Source: Faecalimonas sp. (lineage in GTDB: Bacteria; Bacillota; Clostridia; Lachnospirales; Lachnospiraceae). Taken from it: a stretch of DNA of 64,000 bases. The position numbers and the translations under genes are program-made. The stretch covers positions 4,704 through 68,703 of the forward strand of contig JAZRRJ010000026.1 in assembly GCA_045650645.1 (NCBI GenBank), read 5' to 3'. The number at the start of each line of letters is the position of its first letter. The first letter of the stretch is position 1. Shown in pieces: positions 41,352-49,419 of this stretch. Below the pieces are notes generated by a model that was not told the DNA's origin, did no database searches, and saw nothing but the letters and a program-made list of their open reading frames with translations.

Positions 41352-41702
41352 ATGTTAGTACTAGTATATCGAAAATGTAGCACGTGCCTAAAGGCGTTGA
41401 AGTGGTTAGAAGACCATAACGTGCAGTTTGAAGAAAGAGCAATAAAAGAAGAAAATCCAACTTACGAGGAACTTAAAGAATGGTATCAGAAAAGTGGAAT
41501 GCCATTGAAAAAGTTTTTTAACACGAGCGGATTATTGTATAAAGATATGGGATTGAAAGACAAACTTTTAACGATGTCAGAGGAAAAGCAATTAAAACTC
41601 CTTGCGACAGATGGTATGTTAGTGAAACGACCATTGGTAGTAGGGGAAGACTTAGTTCTGACGGGATTTCGTGAAAAAGACTGGGAAGAAAAATTGTTAT
41701 AA
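41352..41702 (+). CDS. ArsC/Spx/MgsR family protein
   Basis: CSTC, FFNTSG and MLVKRP motifs. Confidence 0.88.
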   Translation: MLVLVYRKCSTCLKALKWLEDHNVQFEERAIKEENPTYEELKEWYQKSGMPLKKFFNTSGLLYKDMGLKDKLLTMSEEKQLKLLATDGMLVKRPLVVGEDLVLTGFREKDWEEKLL

Positions 41703-41710
41703 GATTAGAG

Positions 41711-41740
41711 AGCCAAGGGCACATACCCTTGGCTTTTCTT
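41711..41740 (+). terminator. terminator after the ArsC-like gene
   Basis: agccaaggg-cacata-cccttggct followed by tttctt. Confidence 0.8.
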
Positions 41741-41807
41741 GTGCAACAAGTTTTATATATCGTAACGCATTAGAAACGTTTGAATATATTACATCGGAGG
41801 TGTTTTT

Positions 41808-42242
41808 ATGTTTTCGATGATTCGGTCAATGCCATATGCAAAGGCAGAAATAAAAGGAAGTGAGATGTATCCAAAGATTCGAGGAGAAGTTTTGTTTTAT
41901 GAAGTATATGGCGGTACATTTGTGGCGGCTAGCGTGAAAAACTTGCTCGGTTCAGATGGCTTCCATGGTTTTCACATTCATAACGGAGAAAGTTGCATGC
42001 CTAAGATGGAGGGAGGGCATTATAATCCAACCAATCAATCACATCCGAAACATGCAGGTGATTTCCCGTCGCTTTTAGCGAATCAAGGAACTGCATTCAG
42101 CGCGTTCTATACGAGTCGATTCCATCCGGAAGATGTGGTAGGAAAAGTAGTAGTTATCCATGCAATGCCAGATGATTTTAAAAGTCAGCCATCGGGAAAT
42201 CCGGGAAGCATTGTTGCATGTGGTGTGATAAAAGAAATGTAA
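41808..42242 (+). CDS. sodC: Cu/Zn superoxide dismutase family protein (no signal peptide)
   Basis: GFHIH, GGHYNP, HPKHAGD, VVIH and ACGVI motifs. Confidence 0.85.
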   Translation: MFSMIRSMPYAKAEIKGSEMYPKIRGEVLFYEVYGGTFVAASVKNLLGSDGFHGFHIHNGESCMPKMEGGHYNPTNQSHPKHAGDFPSLLANQGTAFSAFYTSRFHPEDVVGKVVVIHAMPDDFKSQPSGNPGSIVACGVIKEM

Positions 42243-42372
42243 ATATTCTAAACGGCAATTGATTTGAAAAATGAATCCTAGCACTGCGTTAAAAACTAGC
42301 AAAGCAATCATGCTCTATGGTATAATAAAAACATATTTCATGACGTTATACTTTTAGAAAGTAGGGATTTAG

Positions 42373-43476
42373 ATGCCATTTAAGATTATAAGAAACGATA
42401 TTACTCGCATGAAAGTAGATGCGATTGTAAATACAGCAAACGAAGAGCCGATCTATTCCTCAGGAGTAGATTTTGCGGTATACAAAGCGGCGGGGGAAAA
42501 GGAACTTCTTGCGGAGCGAAAGAAAATAGGTTTTATGAATGAGGGTGAAGTGGCGATTACACCGGGATTCAAATTGCCGGCAAAGTATATTATCCACGCC
42601 GTAAGCCCTTGTTACATAGATGGAACCTTTGATGAAGAAAAGAAACTTCGTTCGTGCTATAAGCAGAGTTTGCGACTTGCTCATGAAAAACATTGTGAAA
42701 GTATTGCGTTTCCGCTGATGTCAACGGGGAATTTTGGGTATCCGAAAGAGGAAGCAATGCGTGTGGCAGTGGATGAGATTCATTCCTTTCTCTTAAATCA
42801 CGAGATGTTGATTTATCTAGTAGTGTTTGACACCAAGTCGACCGAGCTGGGATTGAAACTCAGTCCGAAACTAGAAGCATATATTGATCATAACTATGTG
42901 TGTGACAAACGACAAGAAGAGTATGGAAATCGATACTTTGGTTCAGTACCAAAAGGAAAGCCAGGGTATAGCGAGTATCGAAGACATCGAGAAAACGTTG
43001 AGAAACAACTTCTTCCAATGGAAAACGCTTCTGTTGTGGCGGTGCCTACAAGTGCAAAAAGGAATTGGAACGAAGAGGAACTTTATGATTTTTTAGAAGA
43101 GCATGAATCGGATCTTAATGAGCGAATGAAGCATATGTCAGATACCTTTCAAGAGTATCTGTTATATCTCATGGAACTAAAAAAACTCGCATCCACAGAC
43201 GTTTATAAAAGGGCAATTATTACGAAGCAGCTCTTTTCTAAGATCAAGGTAAATCCACACTATCATCCAGATAAAGGAACGGCCATGCGTTTGTGCGTAG
43301 GAGCGAAACTTAGTTTGGATGAAACGAAAGATTTGCTAGCAAGAGCAGGGTATGCTCTGTCTCCTTGCGATAAGAGAGACATTATTTTTTCCTTTTTTAT
43401 CGAGAATGAAATCTATGATATGATTGAAATTGATATTGCGTTAGAAGAACATGGACTTCCGTGTTTTATCGAATAA
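42373..43476 (+). CDS. Macro domain protein with C-terminal XRE/Cro-like HTH domain
   Basis: DIT..VDAIVNTAN, SSGVD.AVYKAAG, IIHAVSP and FPLMSTGNFGYP Macro motifs. Helical C-terminus TDVYKRAIITKQLFSKI...LSLDETKDLLARAGYAL. Confidence 0.85.
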   Translation: MPFKIIRNDITRMKVDAIVNTANEEPIYSSGVDFAVYKAAGEKELLAERKKIGFMNEGEVAITPGFKLPAKYIIHAVSPCYIDGTFDEEKKLRSCYKQSLRLAHEKHCESIAFPLMSTGNFGYPKEEAMRVAVDEIHSFLLNHEMLIYLVVFDTKSTELGLKLSPKLEAYIDHNYVCDKRQEEYGNRYFGSVPKGKPGYSEYRRHRENVEKQLLPMENASVVAVPTSAKRNWNEEELYDFLEEHESDLNERMKHMSDTFQEYLLYLMELKKLASTDVYKRAIITKQLFSKIKVNPHYHPDKGTAMRLCVGAKLSLDETKDLLARAGYALSPCDKRDIIFSFFIENEIYDMIEIDIALEEHGLPCFIE

Positions 43477-43480
43477 GCAA

Positions 43481-43527
43481 CAGGTCGCTTTTACGGCGAC
43501 CTGATTTTTTTATTCTTGTGATATAGT
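43481..43527 (+). promoter_or_regulatory. palindrome CAGGTCGC-N7-GCGACCTG (terminator and/or operator) followed by extended -10 TGaTATAGT
   Basis: Perfect 8-bp arms at 43481-43503, then a T-tract; TATAGT at 43522-43527 with no consensus -35. Confidence 0.6.
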
Positions 43528-43569
43528 TGCCTCAGAAACAAGAAAAACAAATATATGGAGGTAACAACT

Positions 43570-44241
43570 ATGAAAAAAGGATGTACAGAAATCGTATTTA
43601 TTTTAGACAGAAGCGGGTCAATGCGAGGGCTAGAAAAAGACACTATCGGAGGTTATAATTCTCTTCTTGAGAAACAGCAAAAGGAAGAAGGCGACGTAAT
43701 CGTCTCAACAGTGTTGTTTGATGATTGGATGGAAGTAATACACGATCGTGCGAAATTAGAAGAAGTAAAACCGATGACAGAACGAGAATATTATGTAAGA
43801 GGTTGTACTGCACTTTTGGATGCAGTCGGTGGAGCAATTCACCATATTGGAAATGTTCACAAGTACGCAAGAGAAGAAGATGTTCCGGAAAAAACATTGT
43901 TTATTATTACAACAGATGGAATGGAAAATTCAAGCAAGCGTTATTCTTATGGAAAAGTAAAGCAGATGATAGAAAGACAAAAAGAAAAATATGGTTGGGA
44001 ATTTTTGTTCTTGGGAGCAAATATTGATGCAATAGAAGTGGCAGGGAGATTCGGGATTGCACCAGAACGAGCTGTTAATTATGAGTGTGATAGCAGAGGA
44101 ACCGAACTTAATTATCAAACACTAAGCCATGTGGTAAGTAAAGTTAGAAAATGCACTGTTACGGAAATGAACCTTGCATTGAATGAAAATTGGAAAGAAG
44201 ACATTGAAGCGGATTATAAAAAGAGACATGTAAAACGATAG
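43570..44241 (+). CDS. stand-alone von Willebrand factor A (vWA) domain protein
   Basis: MIDAS DRSGS, GCTALLDA, ITTDG and FLGANID; RBS GGAGGT at 43557-43562. Confidence 0.88.
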   Translation: MKKGCTEIVFILDRSGSMRGLEKDTIGGYNSLLEKQQKEEGDVIVSTVLFDDWMEVIHDRAKLEEVKPMTEREYYVRGCTALLDAVGGAIHHIGNVHKYAREEDVPEKTLFIITTDGMENSSKRYSYGKVKQMIERQKEKYGWEFLFLGANIDAIEVAGRFGIAPERAVNYECDSRGTELNYQTLSHVVSKVRKCTVTEMNLALNENWKEDIEADYKKRHVKR

Positions 44242-44252
44242 GAGAAAAAAGA

Positions 44253-45224
44253 ATGAAAAATATTTGGTTAGATGGAATTATGGGTGTTATTGTGGGAGAT
44301 GCGTTGGGATTGCCCGTACAATTTTTGAGCAGAGAAGAAGTTCGTAAAAACCCAATTACAGATATGCGTGGGTACGGGACTTTTAATAAACCTGAAGGAA
44401 CATGGTCGGATGATGGAAGTTTAACAATTGCGACGATGCAGAGCATTTATGACAAGGGTGTAGTTGATTGCGAAGATATCATGGAGAACTTTGCTGATTG
44501 GTTGTTGGAGGGCAGATTCACACCGTTTGGAGAATCCTTTGATGAGGGGAATACTTGTGTGAAAGCAATTACACATTATGTGAAAAATCAAAATACGGAG
44601 ACTTGTGGTGTCGTGGGAGAATGGGCAAATGGAAATGGTGCGTTAATGCGAATTCTTCCAGTATGCTTGTATGGGCATGAAAAGGTGCAAGAAGGAACCT
44701 TGAGAGAGGAAGACGTTTTAGAACTTGTGCATCGAGTATCTGCGTTAACGCACAATCACTTGCGATCTCAGATGGCTTGTGGGATTTACTATTTCTTAGT
44801 AAAGTCTATTTTGACAAGAAAATATGGTGCAAAAGAAGCGGTTCAAGTGGGGTTGAATGAAGCAAAGGCGTATTATCAGAAGGATATTAAGAATTATACA
44901 GAATTCTCTTATTACGGAAGAATGCTGGATGTGGAATCCTTTTCAGAATTGGCGGAACAAGAGATTAAAAGCACAGGTTATGTTGTGGATAGTTTAGAAG
45001 CTGCAGTATGGAGCTTCTTGAAAGGAACAACTTTTGAAGAAGTAGCACTTGTAGCAGTTAACCTTGGAAAAGACACAGATACAGTCGGTGCTATTGCATG
45101 TGGACTCGCTGGGGTGTATTATGGTTATGAAGGAATTCCGAAAAAATGGTTAGAAAAGATTCAGCAGAGAAATAAAATCGAAGAAAAGTGTGAAAGATTC
45201 GGAAACTGTCAAAAAGAGAACTAG
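44253..45224 (+). CDS. ADP-ribosylglycohydrolase (ARH/DraG family)
   Basis: GDALG, WSDDG, GNGALMR, THN and DTDTVG metal-binding motifs all present. Confidence 0.92.
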   Translation: MKNIWLDGIMGVIVGDALGLPVQFLSREEVRKNPITDMRGYGTFNKPEGTWSDDGSLTIATMQSIYDKGVVDCEDIMENFADWLLEGRFTPFGESFDEGNTCVKAITHYVKNQNTETCGVVGEWANGNGALMRILPVCLYGHEKVQEGTLREEDVLELVHRVSALTHNHLRSQMACGIYYFLVKSILTRKYGAKEAVQVGLNEAKAYYQKDIKNYTEFSYYGRMLDVESFSELAEQEIKSTGYVVDSLEAAVWSFLKGTTFEEVALVAVNLGKDTDTVGAIACGLAGVYYGYEGIPKKWLEKIQQRNKIEEKCERFGNCQKEN

Positions 45225-45233
45225 GAGGCAATT

Positions 45234-45386
45234 ATGAAGGGCGGAATATTTGGAAATATGTTTGATTTGAATCGTGACGGTAAGTTGGATGCGATGGAAC
45301 AAGCGATGGATTTTATGCTTTTTGATGAACTGACAAGGCAAGAGCAAGAAGACAATGAAGAAGAATCTGACAATGATGAATTTTAG
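45234..45386 (+). CDS. 50-aa acidic EF-hand microprotein (absent from the ORF track)
   Basis: RBS AGGAGG overlaps the ARH stop. Sequence MKGGIFGNMFDLNRDGKLDAMEQAMDFMLFDELTRQEQEDNEEESDNDEF*. It fills the intergenic gap. Confidence 0.75.
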   Translation: MKGGIFGNMFDLNRDGKLDAMEQAMDFMLFDELTRQEQEDNEEESDNDEF

Positions 45387-45403
45387 ATAAAAGGAGAAAC
45401 GAT

Positions 45404-46132
45404 TTGGAAATTATTATTGTAAGACATTGTGAACCGAATTATGAAATTGATTCACTTACTCCGAAAGGATGGAGGGAGGCAGAATTATTATCCGATAAAC
45501 TTTCGAAAATGGAGATAGATGAATGGTATTGTTCGCCACATGGAAGGGCAAAAGACACGGCTTCTCGTACAATGGAAAAAGTGGGGAAGGAAGCAATTAT
45601 CTATGACTGGCTTCGAGAATTTAAAGGGTTTGTTCAGTATGATTTCTTGGATAGTCCTACTCGCTGTTGGGATATGCTTCCGTCTTATTGGACAAAGGAA
45701 GATGCGTATTATTCGAGAGATGATTGGTACAAGACAGAGTTGATACGAACAGGTAATTCGGAGGCAGAATACAAGTGGGTTACCGAGGAACTAGATAAAT
45801 TTCTTGCTGCTAGAGGATATGTCCATGAAGGAAGACTGTTCCGCGTAGAGAAAGAGAATCACAAGAGGATTGTATTTTTCTGTCACTTCGGAGTGAGCTG
45901 TGTGCTATTGGCTCATTTGCTGGGGGTATCTCCGTATATGTTTTTTCAAGGATTTGTTATGCAGCCGAGTTCTGTAACTAGTATTGTGACAGAAGAGAGA
46001 GAGCAGGGTATCGCTTCGTTCCGCATTCGAAGTTATGGAGATATTAGCCATCTTTATGTGGCAAACGAGGAACCATCTTTTATGGCACGCTTTTGTGAAT
46101 GTTATAGTGATGATACAACACATAATTTTTAG
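45404..46132 (+). CDS. histidine phosphatase family protein
   Basis: IVRHCEP (RHG variant), LTPKG, SPHGRAKDT, LREF and FCHFG; TTG start after aaggag. Confidence 0.85.
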   Translation: MEIIIVRHCEPNYEIDSLTPKGWREAELLSDKLSKMEIDEWYCSPHGRAKDTASRTMEKVGKEAIIYDWLREFKGFVQYDFLDSPTRCWDMLPSYWTKEDAYYSRDDWYKTELIRTGNSEAEYKWVTEELDKFLAARGYVHEGRLFRVEKENHKRIVFFCHFGVSCVLLAHLLGVSPYMFFQGFVMQPSSVTSIVTEEREQGIASFRIRSYGDISHLYVANEEPSFMARFCECYSDDTTHNF

Positions 46133-46161
46133 ATGTGATAGTAGATAATTAAAATAATAAT

Positions 46162-46194
46162 AAAAAAGAGGTTCCATCTGGAACCTCTTTTTTT
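46162..46194. terminator. bidirectional terminator
   Basis: aaaaaagaggttcca-tc-tggaacctctttttt. Confidence 0.85.
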
Positions 46195-46199
46195 ATCGT

Positions 46200-46958
46200 C
46201 TATTTTCCTTGCTGTTTACACCAAATTCCCATAATCCATTTCACAGGCAGAAGCTTCACCATTCTTACTTGCATGCGAACCGGAAAACCGAGGATGGATA
46301 CCATTTTTTTCTTCTTTAGGTCTTTCATGGATTTATCTACCACCTGTTTTGCGGTGTAGAAACGGTCATAGTACTTGATCGTGTCATCTTTTACCGCGTG
46401 GTCAAAGAATTCTGTTTTAATCCAGCCAGGAGCAACAGCCATTACATGAATCTTTTTAGATTTCAATTCTACATGCAATGCTCTTGAGAAGTTAAGGACA
46501 TAAGCCTTGCTGGAACCATAGACATTGATGTATGGAACTGGTTGCCAAGAAGAGTTGGAGGCGATATTGATTAAGTAGCTTTTTTCAGGCATGTATGGAA
46601 CGCTAAGGTAAGTGATTGCGGTCAATGCCTTTGCGTTTAAATCGATGATATTCATTTGTTCTTCCAGGCTAATATCCATAAATGCGCCAAACACACCGAA
46701 ACCAGCACCATTTACAAGTACTTTAATTTCCGGTTTTTCAGTTTCCAAATAGTCTCTATAGGTGTTAAAAGATTCTTTTTTTGATAAGTCTAATGTCATT
46801 GGGCGAATCTTTGTCTTACATTGTTCTTGTAATTCTATTAAACGTTCCGCTCGTCTTGCGATCACCCAGATTTCATCAAGTTCAAATTTCCTGTCTAACG
46901 CATAGACAAACTCTCGACCAATGCCACTTGATGCACCGGTGACAATTCCGATTTTCAT
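46200..46958 (-). CDS. SDR family oxidoreductase (DltE-like)
   Basis: TGASSGIG, NGAG and YGSSK motifs. Confidence 0.9.
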   Translation of the reverse strand: MKIGIVTGASSGIGREFVYALDRKFELDEIWVIARRAERLIELQEQCKTKIRPMTLDLSKKESFNTYRDYLETEKPEIKVLVNGAGFGVFGAFMDISLEEQMNIIDLNAKALTAITYLSVPYMPEKSYLINIASNSSWQPVPYINVYGSSKAYVLNFSRALHVELKSKKIHVMAVAPGWIKTEFFDHAVKDDTIKYYDRFYTAKQVVDKSMKDLKKKKMVSILGFPVRMQVRMVKLLPVKWIMGIWCKQQGK

Positions 46959-46974
46959 GTTCGTTCCTCCTGAT

Positions 46975-47003
46975 AAAAAGAGCGCTTGCGAAGCAAACGC
47001 CCT
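46975..47003 (-). terminator. terminator-like hairpin between the two SDR genes
   Basis: Minus strand reads agggcgtttgc-ttc-gcaagcgctct followed by tttt. Confidence 0.6.
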
Positions 47004-47009
47004 AAAGTT

Positions 47010-47771
47010 TTATAATGTTGCACCAAAGTCTGATACGATAATCTGACCAGTAATTGCTCTCGATTCATCACTTGCAAGGAAGAGCAAGATGTTTGCAATA
47101 TCTTCTGGCATAGAGATTGGAACAGATAAATTCATATGTTTTCTCATTTGACCAAACATATCTTGATTTAATGTGGCAGGATCTGTTTTTGCCATCGGTG
47201 TAGCAATTGTACTTGGATTTACCGAGTTACAACGAATTCCTGTACCTGCAAAACGGAGTGCAGTATGTTTTGTTAAACCGATAATTGCAGCTTTACTTGT
47301 AACATAAGAAGCACCACCAGTACCAAATTGACCGGCAACGGAATCTAAATTGATGATAGACCCTTTGTTGTTCTTCATCATTTCTTGCAGTACTGCTCTT
47401 GTGCAGTAAAGCGTTCCTTTTGTATTAATATTAAGTACTTTTTCTAAGTCTTCATCATCGTAACATTCGATTGGTTTCAAGCCTGCTTCCAATACGCCTG
47501 CATTATTTACTAATACGTCAACGGTTCCAAAGGTTTCCACTGTTTTCGAAACAAGATTTTCCACATCTTCAACCTTTGATACATCTGTTTGTACAATCAA
47601 CACTTCTCCACCTGCTTCGCGAATTTCGGCAGCAACTTCTTCCAATTGAGGAAGACGGCGAGCACTAATAACTACTTTTGCACCTTCTTTTGCAAAGAGT
47701 TTTGCAGTAGCAGCTCCAACACCAGAGTTACTTCCTGTAATAATAGCAACTTTTCCCTCTAAACGTCCCAT
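47010..47771 (-). CDS. classical SDR family oxidoreductase
   Basis: TGSNSGVG, NNAG, YVTSK and ITGQ motifs. Confidence 0.9.
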   Translation of the reverse strand: MGRLEGKVAIITGSNSGVGAATAKLFAKEGAKVVISARRLPQLEEVAAEIREAGGEVLIVQTDVSKVEDVENLVSKTVETFGTVDVLVNNAGVLEAGLKPIECYDDEDLEKVLNINTKGTLYCTRAVLQEMMKNNKGSIINLDSVAGQFGTGGASYVTSKAAIIGLTKHTALRFAGTGIRCNSVNPSTIATPMAKTDPATLNQDMFGQMRKHMNLSVPISMPEDIANILLFLASDESRAITGQIIVSDFGATL

Positions 47772-47929
47772 AGAAAAGTCCTCCTTTCGAGTTGTTAAAT
47801 ATACTTATATTATAAAGTGAAGAGTGTATCTTCGTCAATAAAAAGGACTTTTATGTTTCGTTTGAAAATGGGTGGTATTTATGCTACTATAAAAGGAGTG
47901 AAAAATAACACGTAACGGAGGATATACAT

Positions 47930-48610
47930 ATGGAACAATATAAGAGTGAATTTATTCAATTCATGGTAGATAGTAAAGTATTAAAATTTGGTGATTTTAC
48001 ATTGAAAAGTGGAAGAAAGTCTCCGTTTTTCATGAATGCAGGGGGATATGTAACCGGATCACAATTAATGAAATTAGGAGAATACTATGCGAAAGCAATT
48101 CACAATACATATGGAGATGATTTTGATGTATTGTTTGGACCGGCTTACAAAGGGATTCCGATCGCAGTTGTAACAGCTATCGCATATAGCAATTTATATG
48201 GAAAAGAAGTACGTTATTGTTCAGACCGAAAAGAAGAAAAAGATCATGGCGCAGATAAAGGAAGTTTCTTGGGTAGCAAATTGCAAGATGGGGATCGTGT
48301 AATTATGATTGAAGATGTTACGACATCTGGAAAATCAATGGAAGAGACTGTTCCGAAAGTAAAAGGTGCTGCAGATGTGGAAATCGTTGGATTGATGGTT
48401 TCTTTAAATCGTATGGAAGTAGGAAAAGGCGGAGAAAAGAGTGCCTTAGACGAAGTGAAAGAATTGTACGGATTTGATACAGCAGCAATTGTAACAATGG
48501 AAGAAGTAGTAGAATACTTGTACAATCAGGAAGTAAATGGAGAAGTTATCGTTGACGATACATTGAAAGCAGCAATTGACGCATACTATGAACAGTACGG
48601 TGTAAAATAA
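47930..48610 (+). CDS. pyrE: orotate phosphoribosyltransferase
   Basis: FTLKSGRKSP, GPAYKGIP, RKEEKDHG and IEDVTTSG motifs. Confidence 0.96.
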   Translation: MEQYKSEFIQFMVDSKVLKFGDFTLKSGRKSPFFMNAGGYVTGSQLMKLGEYYAKAIHNTYGDDFDVLFGPAYKGIPIAVVTAIAYSNLYGKEVRYCSDRKEEKDHGADKGSFLGSKLQDGDRVIMIEDVTTSGKSMEETVPKVKGAADVEIVGLMVSLNRMEVGKGGEKSALDEVKELYGFDTAAIVTMEEVVEYLYNQEVNGEVIVDDTLKAAIDAYYEQYGVK

Positions 48611-48623
48611 ATTTGAAAGGGAA

Positions 48624-49100
48624 ATGATTTTGAATACAAAAAAAGCGAAACGGATTCGTACATTGGGGAAATTTTTATTTGTAGTGTACATTTTATTCCT
48701 GCTTTATTTCTTAATCTTTTCAGATTGGTATGGGAGAAGCGGAGTCATGGAAAATTATCATTATAACCTGACTCCGTTTTGTGAGATAAAACGTTTTTGG
48801 AACTATCGGGAGAAATTGGGTGTCTGGTCGATTATTAATCTGGTTGGAAATGTACTAGTGTTTGTTCCGTTTGGTTTCTTTAAATCGATGGCAAGTAAGA
48901 AGAGGAGCTTTTTCGGAACAATATTTGAGGGGGCGTTTTTAAGCCTGGTAGTGGAAGTTTTTCAATTACTTTCTAAAGTGGGACGTTTTGATGTAGACGA
49001 TTTGATTTTGAATACATCCGGGGTAATTCTCGGATATTTCATTTTTGTTGTATGTAATGCAACGAGGAGAATGTATGGCACAAAGAGAAAGAGAACGTAA
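48624..49100 (+). CDS. VanZ family membrane protein
   Basis: NLTPF, GNVLVFVPFG and EVFQ..GRFDVDDLILN motifs. Confidence 0.88.
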   Translation: MILNTKKAKRIRTLGKFLFVVYILFLLYFLIFSDWYGRSGVMENYHYNLTPFCEIKRFWNYREKLGVWSIINLVGNVLVFVPFGFFKSMASKKRSFFGTIFEGAFLSLVVEVFQLLSKVGRFDVDDLILNTSGVILGYFIFVVCNATRRMYGTKRKRT

Positions 49101-49419
49101 AAAAAGAGGAAAACGAAAATACGGGCAAGCAAAACTGAAACATGCAAAGAAAGGAATTATTTCATGTGGACTTTCAGCAGGAGTTCTTTTGATGCTTGTC
49201 GTTTTAATTGCAATCGCATATTTCACCAGAGGAACTGCAGCACCAATTATAGGATCATTGGGTCTTATGAGCATGGGGCTTGCGGGTGGTGCAATGTATA
49301 TGGGAATCAAAGGTTTTCGTGAGCGCGAGAAAGATTATCTGACTTGTAAAATCGGAATCGGGTGTAGTGCAACCTTTATTCTAAGCTTTATTATTATTTT
49401 CTGCAGAGGTTTGTTTTAA
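49075..49419 (+). CDS. small three-TM membrane protein (DUF6142-like)
   Basis: Basic N-terminus, three hydrophobic segments, RBS gaggag. Confidence 0.6.
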   Translation: MAQRERERKKRGKRKYGQAKLKHAKKGIISCGLSAGVLLMLVVLIAIAYFTRGTAAPIIGSLGLMSMGLAGGAMYMGIKGFREREKDYLTCKIGIGCSATFILSFIIIFCRGLF

